DNA from: a bacterium
Lineage (GTDB): Bacteria; BMS3Abin14
Length of the DNA: 18,382 nt
NCBI GenBank assembly: GCA_020349685.1
Contig: CP070698.1
Location: forward strand, 1,346,544 to 1,364,925
Direction of reading: 5' to 3'
Shown here: positions 7,451-16,755 of the stretch, one piece after another
Layout: each line of letters starts with the position of its first letter
How positions within the stretch are numbered: the first letter of the stretch is position 1
Notes under the pieces: generated by a model
The model's database searches: none
What the model was told of the DNA's origin: nothing
Seen by the model: only the letters and a program-made list of their open reading frames with translations
Position numbers and translations under genes: made by a program

Positions 7451-8707
7451 AACTTCAAACCCTTCTTTTCCCAGTTCCCTTAAAACTGCACCCGCCAGCA
7501 CCACGCTCCCCGCAGCGACAACAGTCCCCTTCTCGCCGGCCTGTCTGCGGGCTTCCTCGACTCCCTCCCCCACACTATGGACCAGCCTGACATCCAGACC
7601 TTCGGCCATCTCCTCGGCCATTTCCCCCGCGGTCCTGGCCCTCGGATGGTCAAGAGGAGCAAGAACAAAGCGTTTCCCGAGCCGGGACATCTCGGCCGTC
7701 ATTGAACCAACGTCCTTGTCAGATAAAGACGAGAACAGCCAGACAACCTCCCCCCTGTCCTCGAGAGACGCCACCAGCGCCCTTACTGCGGCAAGGTTGT
7801 GCGCCGAATCGACGATGACCGGGGGTTGACCTGCCACCTCATGAAATCGTCCCGGCCATCGGGCGGATGCCATCGAGCGGGCGGCCGCATCCTGGCTGAT
7901 CCTGAAACCGTCTGACGCCAGGGTCTCCAGCCCGGCAAGAGCGCACGCCGCATTGTAATGTTGAAAGACCCCTTTCATACCGGGTACCAGATTTCTTATA
8001 TCCCATCGTAAACCTCTGAAGTGCAAGCCGCCACCGGAAACTTCCGGACGGGCACTGAAATCACGGCCGTAAAGGATCACACGGGCTCCGACCGCGCTGC
8101 CCTGCTCCAGTACGACCCCGACAGCGTTTGGATCCAGGGGACCCACAACGACCGGATTGCCCTCCCTCATGATCCCCGACTTTTCAAGAGCCACCTCCTC
8201 CACCGTGTGGCCAAGCCATTTTTCGTGATCCATGGCAACAGAGGTGATCACGGACAGGACGGGATGGGTGGCGTTGGTCGCGTCCCATCGCCCGCCGATG
8301 CCGACCTCGAGTACAGCGATATCGGTCTTTTGCCTGGCGAAGTGAAGCAGTGCCATGGCGGTGGCGAATTCGAAGTAAGTCAGGGGGACTTCCGTAGCCC
8401 TCACCGCAGAAACGAGTTCGGTAAACTCTCTGCGGGTCACCGGTTTGCTGCCGATAACGATGCGCTCTTCAAAACTGTGGAGATGGGGCGATGTGAAGAG
8501 GCCGGTTCGATAACCGGAGGCTGTCAGGGTGGCGCCCATGAAAGTGACTACCGACCCCTTTCCGTTGGTACCACCGACAAGAACGTGCGGAAACTGGAAA
8601 TGGGGCGATCCTAAGGCAGAAAGGGCCTGCCTTATCCGCTCAAGGCCAGGCTTGATTCTGGACTCGTTCAGGCTGACAAGGTAGGACAGGGCCCGCTCGT
8701 AGGTCAT
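7448..8707 (-). CDS. folC: Bifunctional folylpolyglutamate synthase/dihydrofolate synthase
   Basis: [31 protein letters not shown] and DSAHN motifs. ATGA overlap with accD. Confidence 0.97.
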   Translation of the reverse strand: MTYERALSYLVSLNESRIKPGLERIRQALSALGSPHFQFPHVLVGGTNGKGSVVTFMGATLTASGYRTGLFTSPHLHSFEERIVIGSKPVTRREFTELVSAVRATEVPLTYFEFATAMALLHFARQKTDIAVLEVGIGGRWDATNATHPVLSVITSVAMDHEKWLGHTVEEVALEKSGIMREGNPVVVGPLDPNAVGVVLEQGSAVGARVILYGRDFSARPEVSGGGLHFRGLRWDIRNLVPGMKGVFQHYNAACALAGLETLASDGFRISQDAAARSMASARWPGRFHEVAGQPPVIVDSAHNLAAVRALVASLEDRGEVVWLFSSLSDKDVGSMTAEMSRLGKRFVLAPLDHPRARTAGEMAEEMAEGLDVRLVHSVGEGVEEARRQAGEKGTVVAAGSVVLAGAVLRELGKEGFEV

Positions 8708-9555
8708 TGAGCGGCGAAAGCCCTCAGGAGGTTGACGATAGTCTTTTTAAGCTCCACGCGCTTGACGATGCAGTCTATCATCCCATGCTGAAGGACGAAT
8801 TCGGATCTCTGGAACCCCTCGGGCAGTTCCTGACGGATGGTCTGTTCGATAACGCGGGGGCCTGCAAAACCGATCAGGGCCTTGGGTTCCGCAATATTAA
8901 CGTCACCGAGCATGGCGAAGCTCGCCGTTACGCCCCCGGTGGTGGGGTCGGTCAGCACGGAGATAAAAGGCAGCCGCTCCCGCCTCAGGCGGGCGAGGGC
9001 GGCGCTCGTTTTGGCCATCTGCATGAGAGAGAGGGCACCCTCCTGCATCCTGGCTCCGCCGGAAGAGGAGATCACGACAAGACCGCATTTCTCCTGGACT
9101 GCCCTTTCGGCGGCTCGGGTTACCTTTTCACCGACAACGGAGCCCATACTGCCGCCCATAAAGAAAAAATCGAAAACCGAAAGGACCACCTGAACCCCGT
9201 CAAGGGTACAAATCCCGGAGATCACGGCATCGTTGAGACCTGTTTTCTTACGGGCCGTCTTGACACGGTCGCGATACTTCTGGGAGTCCTTGAAACCGAG
9301 GGGATCCTCGCTCTGGATTTGGGCGTCGAACTCCACAAATGTCCCAGGATCTACCAGCAGATCAATACGCTCTTTGGCGGTGATCCTGAAGTGGTAGTCG
9401 CACTTGGGGCATACCTTGAGGTTCCGATCGATCTCCTTGCTGTAGACGATCTCAGCGCAATTGTTGCATTTGATCCACAGGCCCTCCGGGACCGTGACCT
9501 TTTTGCTGTCCGTTCGCTCGGGCCGGATCGATCTTCTGCGAAACCAGGAAACCAC
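8704..9555 (-). CDS. accD: Acetyl-CoA carboxylase carboxyltransferase beta subunit
   Basis: [14 protein letters not shown] zinc finger, [36 protein letters not shown] and [14 protein letters not shown] start. Confidence 0.98.
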   Translation of the reverse strand: MVSWFRRRSIRPERTDSKKVTVPEGLWIKCNNCAEIVYSKEIDRNLKVCPKCDYHFRITAKERIDLLVDPGTFVEFDAQIQSEDPLGFKDSQKYRDRVKTARKKTGLNDAVISGICTLDGVQVVLSVFDFFFMGGSMGSVVGEKVTRAAERAVQEKCGLVVISSSGGARMQEGALSLMQMAKTSAALARLRRERLPFISVLTDPTTGGVTASFAMLGDVNIAEPKALIGFAGPRVIEQTIRQELPEGFQRSEFVLQHGMIDCIVKRVELKKTIVNLLRAFAAQ

Positions 9556-9561
9556 GATATC

Positions 9562-10923
9562 TTATTCCGTGGGCACTTTGGGCAGGTTCTTGAGGGACTC
9601 AGCGATCTTCTCTTCCGGATAGGTGTAATCAACAAGATCACCCGCCAGATAGGAGTCGTACGCTGCCATGTCGAAATGACCGTGTCCGCTGAGGTTGAAA
9701 ACGATGACCTCCTCCTTGCCCTCCTCCTTGCACCGGAGCGCCTCGTCAAAAGCAGCTTTAATGGCGTGGGCTGACTCCGGTGCCGGGATGATTCCCTCCA
9801 CCTGGGCGAAGGTCACAGCCGCCTGGAAGACGGGGTTCTGGGTATAGGCGACAGCCTCTACGATCCCCTCCTTGTAGAGCTGGCTGACCAGCGGGGAGTC
9901 GGCATGGTAGCGCAGGCCGCCTGCATGGATACCCGGCGGGACGAAATCGTGCCCCAGCGTGTACATGAGCATCAGAGGCGTCATCTGCGCCGTATCACCG
10001 AAATCGTAAGCGTAGACACCCTTGGTCAGAGTGGGACAGGAGGTGGGCTCTACGGCAAGAAACCGGATCTTTTCACCGGCTGCCTTCTCGGGCATGAAAG
10101 GGAACACCAGGCCGGCGAAGTTGCTGCCTCCACCGCAGGAACCGATGAGGACGTCGGGTTTATCCCCGGCCTTCTTGAGCTGTTCCTTGGTCTCAAGACC
10201 GATAATGGACTGGTGGGTCAGAACGTGGTTGAGAACGCTGCCAAGGGAGTACTTGGTATCATCCCTTGTTGCCGCGTCTTCAACCGCTTCACTTATGGCA
10301 ATACCGAGGCTGCCCGGCGAGTCGGGATCCTTGGCGAGGATCCCCCGCCCGGCATTCGTCTTGTCTGAGGGACTGGGAATGACCTCCCCTCCCCAGGTCT
10401 GCATCATGGACCTTCGGTATGGTTTCTGCTGATAGCTCACCCTGACCATGTAGATGGTGCACTCCAGGCCGAAAAGTTTACAGGCCAGAGACAGTGCACT
10501 GCCCCACTGGCCGGCTCCGGTCTCGGTCGCGAGACGCTTTACGCCTTCCTGCTTATTGTAAAAGGCCTGAGCGATAGAGGTGTTGGGCTTGTGACTTCCG
10601 GCCGGGCTGACACCTTCGTATTTGTAATAGATCCTGGCTGGTGTTCCGAGAACTTCCTCAAGATGATAGGCCCGATAGAGGGGTGTCGGACGCCACAATC
10701 GGTAGATATCAAGGACCTCCTCCGGAATGTCTATCCACCTGTCCTGTGACACCTCCTGTGCGATCAGTCCCATGGGAAAGATCGGTGCGAGGTCCTCGGG
10801 ACCGATGGGCTTTCCCGTTCCCGGGTGAAGAGGGGGCGCGGGCATGCTCGGCATGTCTGGAAGGACATTGTACCAGGCCTTGGGGATCTCACGCTCATCA
10901 AGGTTGATCTTCTTCGTCATCAT
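9562..10923 (-). CDS. trpB2: TrpB-like PLP enzyme (tryptophan synthase beta chain, type 2)
   Basis: [16 protein letters not shown] (PLP lysine), [26 protein letters not shown] and NLSGHG; 453 aa is typical of TrpB2. Confidence 0.95.
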   Translation of the reverse strand: MMTKKINLDEREIPKAWYNVLPDMPSMPAPPLHPGTGKPIGPEDLAPIFPMGLIAQEVSQDRWIDIPEEVLDIYRLWRPTPLYRAYHLEEVLGTPARIYYKYEGVSPAGSHKPNTSIAQAFYNKQEGVKRLATETGAGQWGSALSLACKLFGLECTIYMVRVSYQQKPYRRSMMQTWGGEVIPSPSDKTNAGRGILAKDPDSPGSLGIAISEAVEDAATRDDTKYSLGSVLNHVLTHQSIIGLETKEQLKKAGDKPDVLIGSCGGGSNFAGLVFPFMPEKAAGEKIRFLAVEPTSCPTLTKGVYAYDFGDTAQMTPLMLMYTLGHDFVPPGIHAGGLRYHADSPLVSQLYKEGIVEAVAYTQNPVFQAAVTFAQVEGIIPAPESAHAIKAAFDEALRCKEEGKEEVIVFNLSGHGHFDMAAYDSYLAGDLVDYTYPEEKIAESLKNLPKVPTE

Positions 10924-10954
10924 ATCCCGCTCCTTTCAGGAATGGATCGGTCGC

Positions 10955-10984
10955 AATTGAAATTTGAAATTTGAAATTTGAAAT
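10955..10984. repeat. Heptamer array (AATTTGA)x3-4 upstream of trpB2
   Basis: aattga aatttga aatttga aatttga aat. Confidence 0.85.
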
Positions 10985-11061
10985 CAACCTCTTTTGTTAC
11001 CACGGTTCACCTGAAAGTTCAAGAAACACAGTATTTTCGGGCATTTTTTATTGCCCGGGAA

Positions 11062-12774
11062 TCAACCTGACATCCCCACGAGGGACAGGAATTCGGAACG
11101 AACCCGAGCCGGATAGAGCATTTCGCTTCTCCGTCGAACACCCATCCTGAAAAGCTCCTCACTGAGCATGAGGTGGTCTGGGAGAAACCTGTCTGGGAGC
11201 GTTCTGTCCGGCTGGGCCAGGACGACCGATGGCGGACCGGCCGACTGGATAAGGCCCTCGGCCAGATGTCCGAAATGATCCACGCAGCCGATCTGTTCCG
11301 GCACCGCGTGCGTTGCCATGAAGATGGACGTCCCCGTTTCATCACAGTACCTGCGAGCACTGGAAAAGAACTCCTTTGCTCCCGCAGGATCCAGACCATC
11401 GGTAGGCTCATCGAGGACCAGGACTTCCGCTTCCATGGCCAGAACCCCCGCGACAGCAACCCTTCTCATCTGCCCTCCCGAAAGAGCAAAGACGGATCGC
11501 TCAAGAATGGATTCCTCCAGACCCGCCCATCCGGCGGCTTTGAGCACCCTTTCGTTTATTTTACCGTCGCCCAGACCGAGATTCCTGGGGCCGAAGGCAA
11601 TATCATCGTAAACGGAGGCCGAAAAGATCTGACGTTCGGGATTCTGGAATAGAAGAGCGACCTTCGCCGGCACACCACCCGGTGTTCGCCTCCATTCCCC
11701 AAGAGGCTTCCCCTTGAGCAGGACCTTTCCCTCATCCGGTTTGATAAGACCGTTGGACATCTGCAAAAGGGTGCTCTTCCCGGATCCGTTTGCACCGCAG
11801 ACCATGGCTATGGAGCCGGTTCCCACTGAAAAATCCACACCGCCAAGCACGGGCCCCCTCCTCCCCGCCTCAGGTCCGTAATGGAACCGGATCGCCTCGA
11901 AGCCGAGGATCTCCGCCCCGGACTGCGCCGTCCGGTCTTTCCCGGTTCGGTTCAGGCCAGCATCTGCCAGGTCACGCCTGATCATGCCGGCCAGAGACCT
12001 GGGGTCGATGGGCCAGCGTACGTCCATGCCTCCAGACCGCATGGTCAGGACCAGGTCCATAAGGAAAGGAGGTGAAATTCCGTAGCGTGGTGCGAGGTCC
12101 GGTTGGCTGAAGAGCTCGCCTGGAACACCCGCCATGGCGACATGACCGTTGTCGAAAAGCAGCACTCTGTCAGCGCGGGCTGCCTCCCCCATATTGTGGG
12201 TTATAAGGATAATGATCTTTCCCTGGTCCGCCAGGTTCCTCATGGCTGTGAGAACGGAGGACCTCGCATCGGGATCGAGGTAGGTGGTAGGCTCATCCAG
12301 CACCAGGATATCCGGATCCAGGACCAGCACACCTGCCAGGGCTGCCATCTGCTGCTCCCCGCCTGACAGGAGATGAGGCATCCTCTTGCCGAGGTGCTCG
12401 ATCCCGAGCTGTCTCAGGATCTCCTGGACCTTTCCTTCGATCACCTGGGGTTTCTGCCCCAGCACCTCGAGTCCGAAAGCGACATCTTCCTCAACAACCG
12501 AGGTCACCAGCTGGTTCTCAGGGTTGGAAAACAGGATACCGATGGCCGGATCGGGACCGGGAACGGTTCTGACCTTGCCCTTAATCCTGATTTGCCCGGA
12601 TTCAGGTTTGAGCAGCCCTTTCAAAAGCAGGCCGAAAGTGCTCTTCCCTGCCGCGTTGGGACCGATGACTGCGATCATCTCGCCGCGGTCGGCCTCCATA
12701 CTGAGCCCGTCCACAGCGCGGACGCCGCTGTTGGGGTAGATATAGGAGAGATCTCTGATCTCAAGAAAGGACAT
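11062..12774 (-). CDS. Fused tandem ECF-transporter ATPase (EcfA-EcfA'/CbiO-like, two ABC domains)
   Basis: Domain 1: GPNAAGKST, FSNPENQ, LSGGEQQ, LDEPT, ITH. Domain 2: GANGSGKST, FQNPERQ, DDIAFGPRN, LSGGQMRRVA, LDEPT, ATH. Confidence 0.9.
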   Translation of the reverse strand: MSFLEIRDLSYIYPNSGVRAVDGLSMEADRGEMIAVIGPNAAGKSTFGLLLKGLLKPESGQIRIKGKVRTVPGPDPAIGILFSNPENQLVTSVVEEDVAFGLEVLGQKPQVIEGKVQEILRQLGIEHLGKRMPHLLSGGEQQMAALAGVLVLDPDILVLDEPTTYLDPDARSSVLTAMRNLADQGKIIILITHNMGEAARADRVLLFDNGHVAMAGVPGELFSQPDLAPRYGISPPFLMDLVLTMRSGGMDVRWPIDPRSLAGMIRRDLADAGLNRTGKDRTAQSGAEILGFEAIRFHYGPEAGRRGPVLGGVDFSVGTGSIAMVCGANGSGKSTLLQMSNGLIKPDEGKVLLKGKPLGEWRRTPGGVPAKVALLFQNPERQIFSASVYDDIAFGPRNLGLGDGKINERVLKAAGWAGLEESILERSVFALSGGQMRRVAVAGVLAMEAEVLVLDEPTDGLDPAGAKEFFSSARRYCDETGTSIFMATHAVPEQIGCVDHFGHLAEGLIQSAGPPSVVLAQPDRTLPDRFLPDHLMLSEELFRMGVRRRSEMLYPARVRSEFLSLVGMSG

Positions 12775-12784
12775 AAAAGCAGTA

Positions 12785-12855
12785 TCTAGTGTCTGGTGTC
12801 TGGTGTCTAGACATCAGCTGAGCTCTGGATTCTAGACGCTAGACACTGAAACTGG
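12785..12855. repeat. Inverted (TCTRGTG)n heptamer arrays upstream of the ECF ATPase
   Basis: tctagtg tctggtg tctggtg tctagac versus tctagac gctagac actgaaactgg; same family as 111-185. Confidence 0.8.
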
Positions 12856-12868
12856 GACTCTTTTCAAA

Positions 12869-12900
12869 TAAAAAGCAAGGACATAAGTCCTTGCTTTTTA
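12869..12900 (-). terminator. Intrinsic terminator after rplQ (potentially bidirectional)
   Basis: Perfect inverted repeat TAAAAAGCAAGGAC-ataa-GTCCTTGCTTTTTA with A/T tails, 27 bp downstream of the rplQ stop. Confidence 0.8.
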
Positions 12901-12927
12901 GCATATACGAACAGGGGGAAGGAGTCC

Positions 12928-13539
12928 CTATTCCTCTTTTTTCTTTTTGGCCGGAGCCTTCTTCTCGCTCTGGGTATCGGCCTTTTCCCCCTCCTTGGCC
13001 GCGGCCTTTTTGGCCGGAGTTTTCTTCTTCGGTTTGGCTTCGGCCTTTTCTTCCGCTTCTTTTTCCTTGGGCTTGGCGCTTTGGGCTTTGGATTCCTTTT
13101 TCGCCTTGGCCTCTTTCTTCGGTTTGGCCGTTTTAGCCGTCTTTTCCTTGGTCTTCTGACCCTTCTCTTTGGGCTCCGCTATGGGCCTGTCAACCAGTTC
13201 CACCAGAGCCATGGGGGCATTGTCACCCGACCGGGCGTCGAGCTTGAGGACCCTCGTGTAACCACCCTCGCGGGTGGCATAACGCTGGGCGTACTCGGAA
13301 AAAACCCTTTTGACGACTTCGTTACTCCGGATGAAAGCGACAGCCTGCCTGCGGGCGTGAAGATCACCTCTTTTTCCCAGAGTGATCATCTTCTCTGCAA
13401 GCCTTCCACTCTCCTTGGCCTTGACCTCCGTAGTGACGATCCGCTCGTGCTTGAGAAGTGAGGTGACCATATTCCGGAACATGGCCTTTCGGTGAGACGG
13501 CGTCCTGTTAAATTTTTTCCCTGCTTTACCGTGACGCAT
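12928..13539 (-). CDS. rplQ: 50S ribosomal protein L17 with Lys/Ala/Glu-rich C-terminal extension
   Basis: [39 protein letters not shown] core, followed by about 85 low-complexity residues. Confidence 0.98.
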   Translation of the reverse strand: MRHGKAGKKFNRTPSHRKAMFRNMVTSLLKHERIVTTEVKAKESGRLAEKMITLGKRGDLHARRQAVAFIRSNEVVKRVFSEYAQRYATREGGYTRVLKLDARSGDNAPMALVELVDRPIAEPKEKGQKTKEKTAKTAKPKKEAKAKKESKAQSAKPKEKEAEEKAEAKPKKKTPAKKAAAKEGEKADTQSEKKAPAKKKKEE

Positions 13540-13585
13540 CCTTTTCCCGCCTTTCCCGTATCACTATCCTGCTGACTTTAGATTG

Positions 13586-13902
13586 AAGCTTTTTCCCTGT
13601 CCGTCAGGTTAAAGTCCCGCACGGACTTTCTCGATATCAAAAGCAGCTGCACCCCGCGCGGGGTGCCCGGATCGATAACCCGTAGCTCACGTTATCGATC
13701 CGTGAGGGCATAAAAACCGCGCTTTTCGGTTTCCGTCGAGCTGAAAGCCAGCACGGCTTTCAGCGGCCCTTCCAATCCGCCCCGCGTGGGGCGCCGGATC
13801 GGTAACCAAAGTCCGTGTTATCGATCCGCGAGGGCAGGAAAACCGCGCTTTTCCTGCCCGACGAGCAGAAAGTCCCGGCAGGACTTTCTGCGACCCTACC
13901 AA
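13586..13902. repeat. About 2.5 tandem copies of a roughly 127-bp four-hairpin unit between rpoA and rplQ
   Basis: Units 13649-13775 and 13778-13902 plus a partial copy at about 13586-13640. Each full unit has hairpins GC(A)CCCC..GGGG(T)GC, CGGATCGRTAAC..GTTATCGATCCG, GGGCAGGAAAA..TTTTCCTGCCC (degenerate in the left unit) and GCWGAAAG(T)CC..GG(A)CTTTCWGC. Confidence 0.88.
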
Positions 13903-14931
13903 CTAGACAGCTTCCTGGGCCTCTTCCGGCTCCTCTTCAGTCCGAACCCAGCCGCGGATATCCATCCCGAAACTCAACCCCATCTCCTCGAGGATCTCCT
14001 TGAGTTCGTTCAGGGATTTCCGTCCAAAGTTCTTGGTTCGGAGCATTTCCGATTCCGTTTTCTTGACGAGTTCGACGATACTCCCGATGTTGGCATTCTG
14101 AAGGCAATTGATGGACCGGACCGAAAGTTCCAACTCGTTGACGTGCTTGTTGAGCTTTTCAAAAAGTTTTTTCTTTTCGTGCTCCGATTCCTCCTCTTCC
14201 ATCTCATCCTGAACCTGATCCTCCTCGAAATTGATGAAAAGGTTCATGTGCTCCTTGACGATCTTGGCCGAGATGGCAAGTGCGCTCTCGGGAGGAATGC
14301 TGCCGTCCGTCGTGATCTCCATGATCAGTTTGTCGTAATCCGTCATCCGCCCTACCCTGGCGTTCTCAACCCAGTACATCACCTTTGTGATGGGCGAATG
14401 GATGGAATCAACAGCAATGAAATCCACCGAGAGATCCTCGTCCTTGTTCCTCTCAGCCGGCACAAAACCCTTGTCGAGGGTGACGACCATTTCCATTTTC
14501 AGGTGGGCTCCCTTTTCGAGGGTCGCAATGGTCAGCCCGGGGTTGAGGATCTCCACATCCTGATCGGTGATGATGTCGGCTCCCGTAACGACCCCTTCGC
14601 GTTCGACGTCGACGGAGATGATCTTGGGAGCGGAAGAGTGTACGCGGAAACGCAACTCTTTGAGGTTGAGAACGACCTGGGTTACATCCTCGTAAACACC
14701 AGGAATCGTAGAAAATTCATGTAAAACACCCTCAATGCGAAAGGCGGTGATCGCCGCACCCTGCAAGGAGGAAAGGAGTATTCGTCTTAGTGCATTCCCG
14801 AAGGTCGTGCCGAAACCCCGTTCGAAAGGTTCCGCTGTGAACCTGCCGAAGGTGTTGGTCTTGGTGGCGGCAACAAACTCGAGCTTCTTCGGGCGCGTAA
14901 GACTTTTCCAGTTTTTTTCCATCATGGTCAT
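13903..14931 (-). CDS. rpoA: RNA polymerase alpha subunit
   Basis: [31 protein letters not shown] and alpha[24 protein letters not shown]. The start may be one of the neighbouring Met codons. Confidence 0.99.
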   Translation of the reverse strand: MTMMEKNWKSLTRPKKLEFVAATKTNTFGRFTAEPFERGFGTTFGNALRRILLSSLQGAAITAFRIEGVLHEFSTIPGVYEDVTQVVLNLKELRFRVHSSAPKIISVDVEREGVVTGADIITDQDVEILNPGLTIATLEKGAHLKMEMVVTLDKGFVPAERNKDEDLSVDFIAVDSIHSPITKVMYWVENARVGRMTDYDKLIMEITTDGSIPPESALAISAKIVKEHMNLFINFEEDQVQDEMEEEESEHEKKKLFEKLNKHVNELELSVRSINCLQNANIGSIVELVKKTESEMLRTKNFGRKSLNELKEILEEMGLSFGMDIRGWVRTEEEPEEAQEAV

Positions 14932-14952
14932 TTTCCCCTTTTGATGGACCTC

Positions 14953-15579
14953 TTACTTGGAATAAAGTTCCACTATGAGCTGTTCGTTGACGGGCATGGC
15001 TACTTCTTCCCGCGCAGGATAGCTCTTGAAGTGTCCGCGGAACTTGGGAGCCTCCAGTTCCAGCCAGGCCGGCGTGCTCTTTCTTTCCGCCGAGACCAAA
15101 GCTTCCTGGATTCTGATCGAGTTCCGACTCTTTTCCCGGATATCGATCTGGTCACCCGGCTTCATGAGAAACGATGGGATGTTGACCTTTTTCCCGTTGA
15201 CCAGAACATGTCCATGCCTGACCAGCTGGCGGGCATCCGCACGTGAACCGGCAAAACCCAGCCTGAACACCGTGTTGTCCAGCCTCCGCTCCAGAAGGAT
15301 GATGAGGTTCTCACCCGTGACGCCCTTCTGCCGGTCCGCCATTTTAAAGTAGTTCCGAAACTGGCCTTCCATGACGCCGTAGATCCTTCTGGCCTTCTGT
15401 TTTTCGCGGAGCTGCACACCGTAGTCGGAATGCTTGATCCGCCTGGATCCATGCTGCCCAGGGGGATAGGGCCTGCGCTCAACAGCACACTTGTCCGAAT
15501 AACACCGATCCCCCTTGAGAAAGAGCTTGGCGCCCTCCCTCCGGCAGAGACGGCAGACTGATTCACGGTACCTTGCCAA
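14953..15579 (-). CDS. rpsD: 30S ribosomal protein S4
   Basis: [44 protein letters not shown] start with GGAGG SD. Confidence 0.99.
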   Translation of the reverse strand: MARYRESVCRLCRREGAKLFLKGDRCYSDKCAVERRPYPPGQHGSRRIKHSDYGVQLREKQKARRIYGVMEGQFRNYFKMADRQKGVTGENLIILLERRLDNTVFRLGFAGSRADARQLVRHGHVLVNGKKVNIPSFLMKPGDQIDIREKSRNSIRIQEALVSAERKSTPAWLELEAPKFRGHFKSYPAREEVAMPVNEQLIVELYSK

Positions 15580-15595
15580 TTGATTCCTCCTTATG

Positions 15596-15985
15596 TCAGA
15601 CCCGGCGCCTCTTGGGCGGACGGCATCCGTTATGTGGAATGGGTGTCACATCCTTGATCAACGTCACTTCCAGCCCGGAGGCCTGGAGCGACCGCAGGGC
15701 CGCCTCCCTGCCCGAACCGGGCCCCTTAACGAGCACATCCACTTTCCTGACCCCATGTTCCATGGCTTTTTTGGCAGCGTCTTCCGCAGCCAACTGGGCC
15801 GCAAAGGGGGTGCTCTTTCTCGATCCTTTGAACCCCTTGCTACCGGCGCTGCACCAGGACAGGGTGTTTCCGCCAGGATCCGTTATCGTTATGATGGTAT
15901 TGTTGAAGGTGGCCTGGATATGGGCCACACCAGCAGGAACGTTCTTCTTGACCTTCCTGCCTGATCCTTTTTTCGGCTTAGCCAT
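15596..15985 (-). CDS. rpsK: 30S ribosomal protein S11
   Basis: [29 protein letters not shown] and [16 protein letters not shown]. Confidence 0.99.
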   Translation of the reverse strand: MAKPKKGSGRKVKKNVPAGVAHIQATFNNTIITITDPGGNTLSWCSAGSKGFKGSRKSTPFAAQLAAEDAAKKAMEHGVRKVDVLVKGPGSGREAALRSLQASGLEVTLIKDVTPIPHNGCRPPKRRRV

Positions 15986-16006
15986 CTGCTCCTCCCGTGC
16001 CTGGGG

Positions 16007-16378
16007 CTACCTTTTCTTCCGACCGCCGATGGACGGACGGTGACCCTTCCTGGATCTCGCGTTCGTTTTGGTCCTCTGTCCGCGTACGGGGAGGCCCCGC
16101 CTGTGGCGCAGCCCCTCGTAACTGCCGAGATCCATCTTGCTCTTGATATTGAAAGAGATCTCCCTGCGGAGATCACCCTCCACCATATGGTTTTTCACGA
16201 TGACATCCCTGAGCCTGATGACCTGGTTTTCATCCAGGTCCACGACCCTGGTGTCCGGATCGACATCGGCTTCCCTCACGATGCTGGATGCCGTGGTCTG
16301 CCCGATCCCGTATATGTAAGTCAGGGCGACCTCGATCCTTTTGTTTCTGGGCAAATCAACTCCGGCTATACGAGCCAC
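16007..16378 (-). CDS. rpsM: 30S ribosomal protein S13
   Basis: [36 protein letters not shown]. The true start is the GTG at 16378 with a GGAGG SD; the ORF-track start at 16471 overlaps rpmJ. Confidence 0.98.
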   Translation of the reverse strand: MARIAGVDLPRNKRIEVALTYIYGIGQTTASSIVREADVDPDTRVVDLDENQVIRLRDVIVKNHMVEGDLRREISFNIKSKMDLGSYEGLRHRRGLPVRGQRTKTNARSRKGHRPSIGGRKKR

Positions 16379-16395
16379 TTGAGCACCTCCTGGTA

Positions 16396-16509
16396 TCAGC
16401 CCTGACGCTGCTTGTGTTTTGGATTCTCGCAGAGCACCCGTACGACGCCTTTGCGCCTTATGATCTTGCATTTGTCACACATCTTCTTTACAGAAGGTCG
16501 AACTTTCAT
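16396..16509 (-). CDS. rpmJ: 50S ribosomal protein L36, zinc-binding type (not in ORF track)
   Basis: Manual translation gives [37 protein letters not shown], in the canonical infA-rpmJ-rpsM position. Confidence 0.98.
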   Translation of the reverse strand: MKVRPSVKKMCDKCKIIRRKGVVRVLCENPKHKQRQG

Positions 16510-16536
16510 GACATCCTCTCTTAAACAGGCACTTTC

Positions 16537-16755
16537 CTATTTCGCCCGATAGGTGATCCTGCCGCGGGTCAGATCGTAAGGAGACAGTTCAACTGTCACC
16601 TTGTCTCCAGGCAGGATCCTGATGTAATGCATCCTCATCTTCCCAGAGATGTGGGCCAGAACCTGGTGCCCGTTTTCCAGTTCCACGCGGAACATGGCAT
16701 TTGGCAGAGGCTCGACGACCGTACCTTCAACTTCGATTGCTTCTTCCTTTGCCAT
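16537..16755 (-). CDS. infA: Translation initiation factor IF-1
   Basis: [42 protein letters not shown]. Confidence 0.99.
   Translation of the reverse strand: MAKEEAIEVEGTVVEPLPNAMFRVELENGHQVLAHISGKMRMHYIRILPGDKVTVELSPYDLTRGRITYRAK

Noticed and set aside
10994-11057. TTGAAC-N17-TAACAA promoter-like motif and CGGGCA..TGCCCG hairpin upstream of trpB2
   Set aside because: The -10 lacks the conserved final T and the hairpin has no U-tract on the minus strand. No Trp-codon leader peptide was seen. Too weak to call.
13586-13902. Hairpin units as tRNA, integron attC sites or CRISPR
   Set aside because: No closing acceptor stem or T-loop motif, no clear RYYYAAC/GTTRRRY-bounded cassette with an ORF, and no spacer-length unique segments.
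16379-16471. N-terminal extension of rpsM in the ORF track
   Set aside because: It overlaps rpmJ in another frame. The GTG at 16378 has a strong SD.
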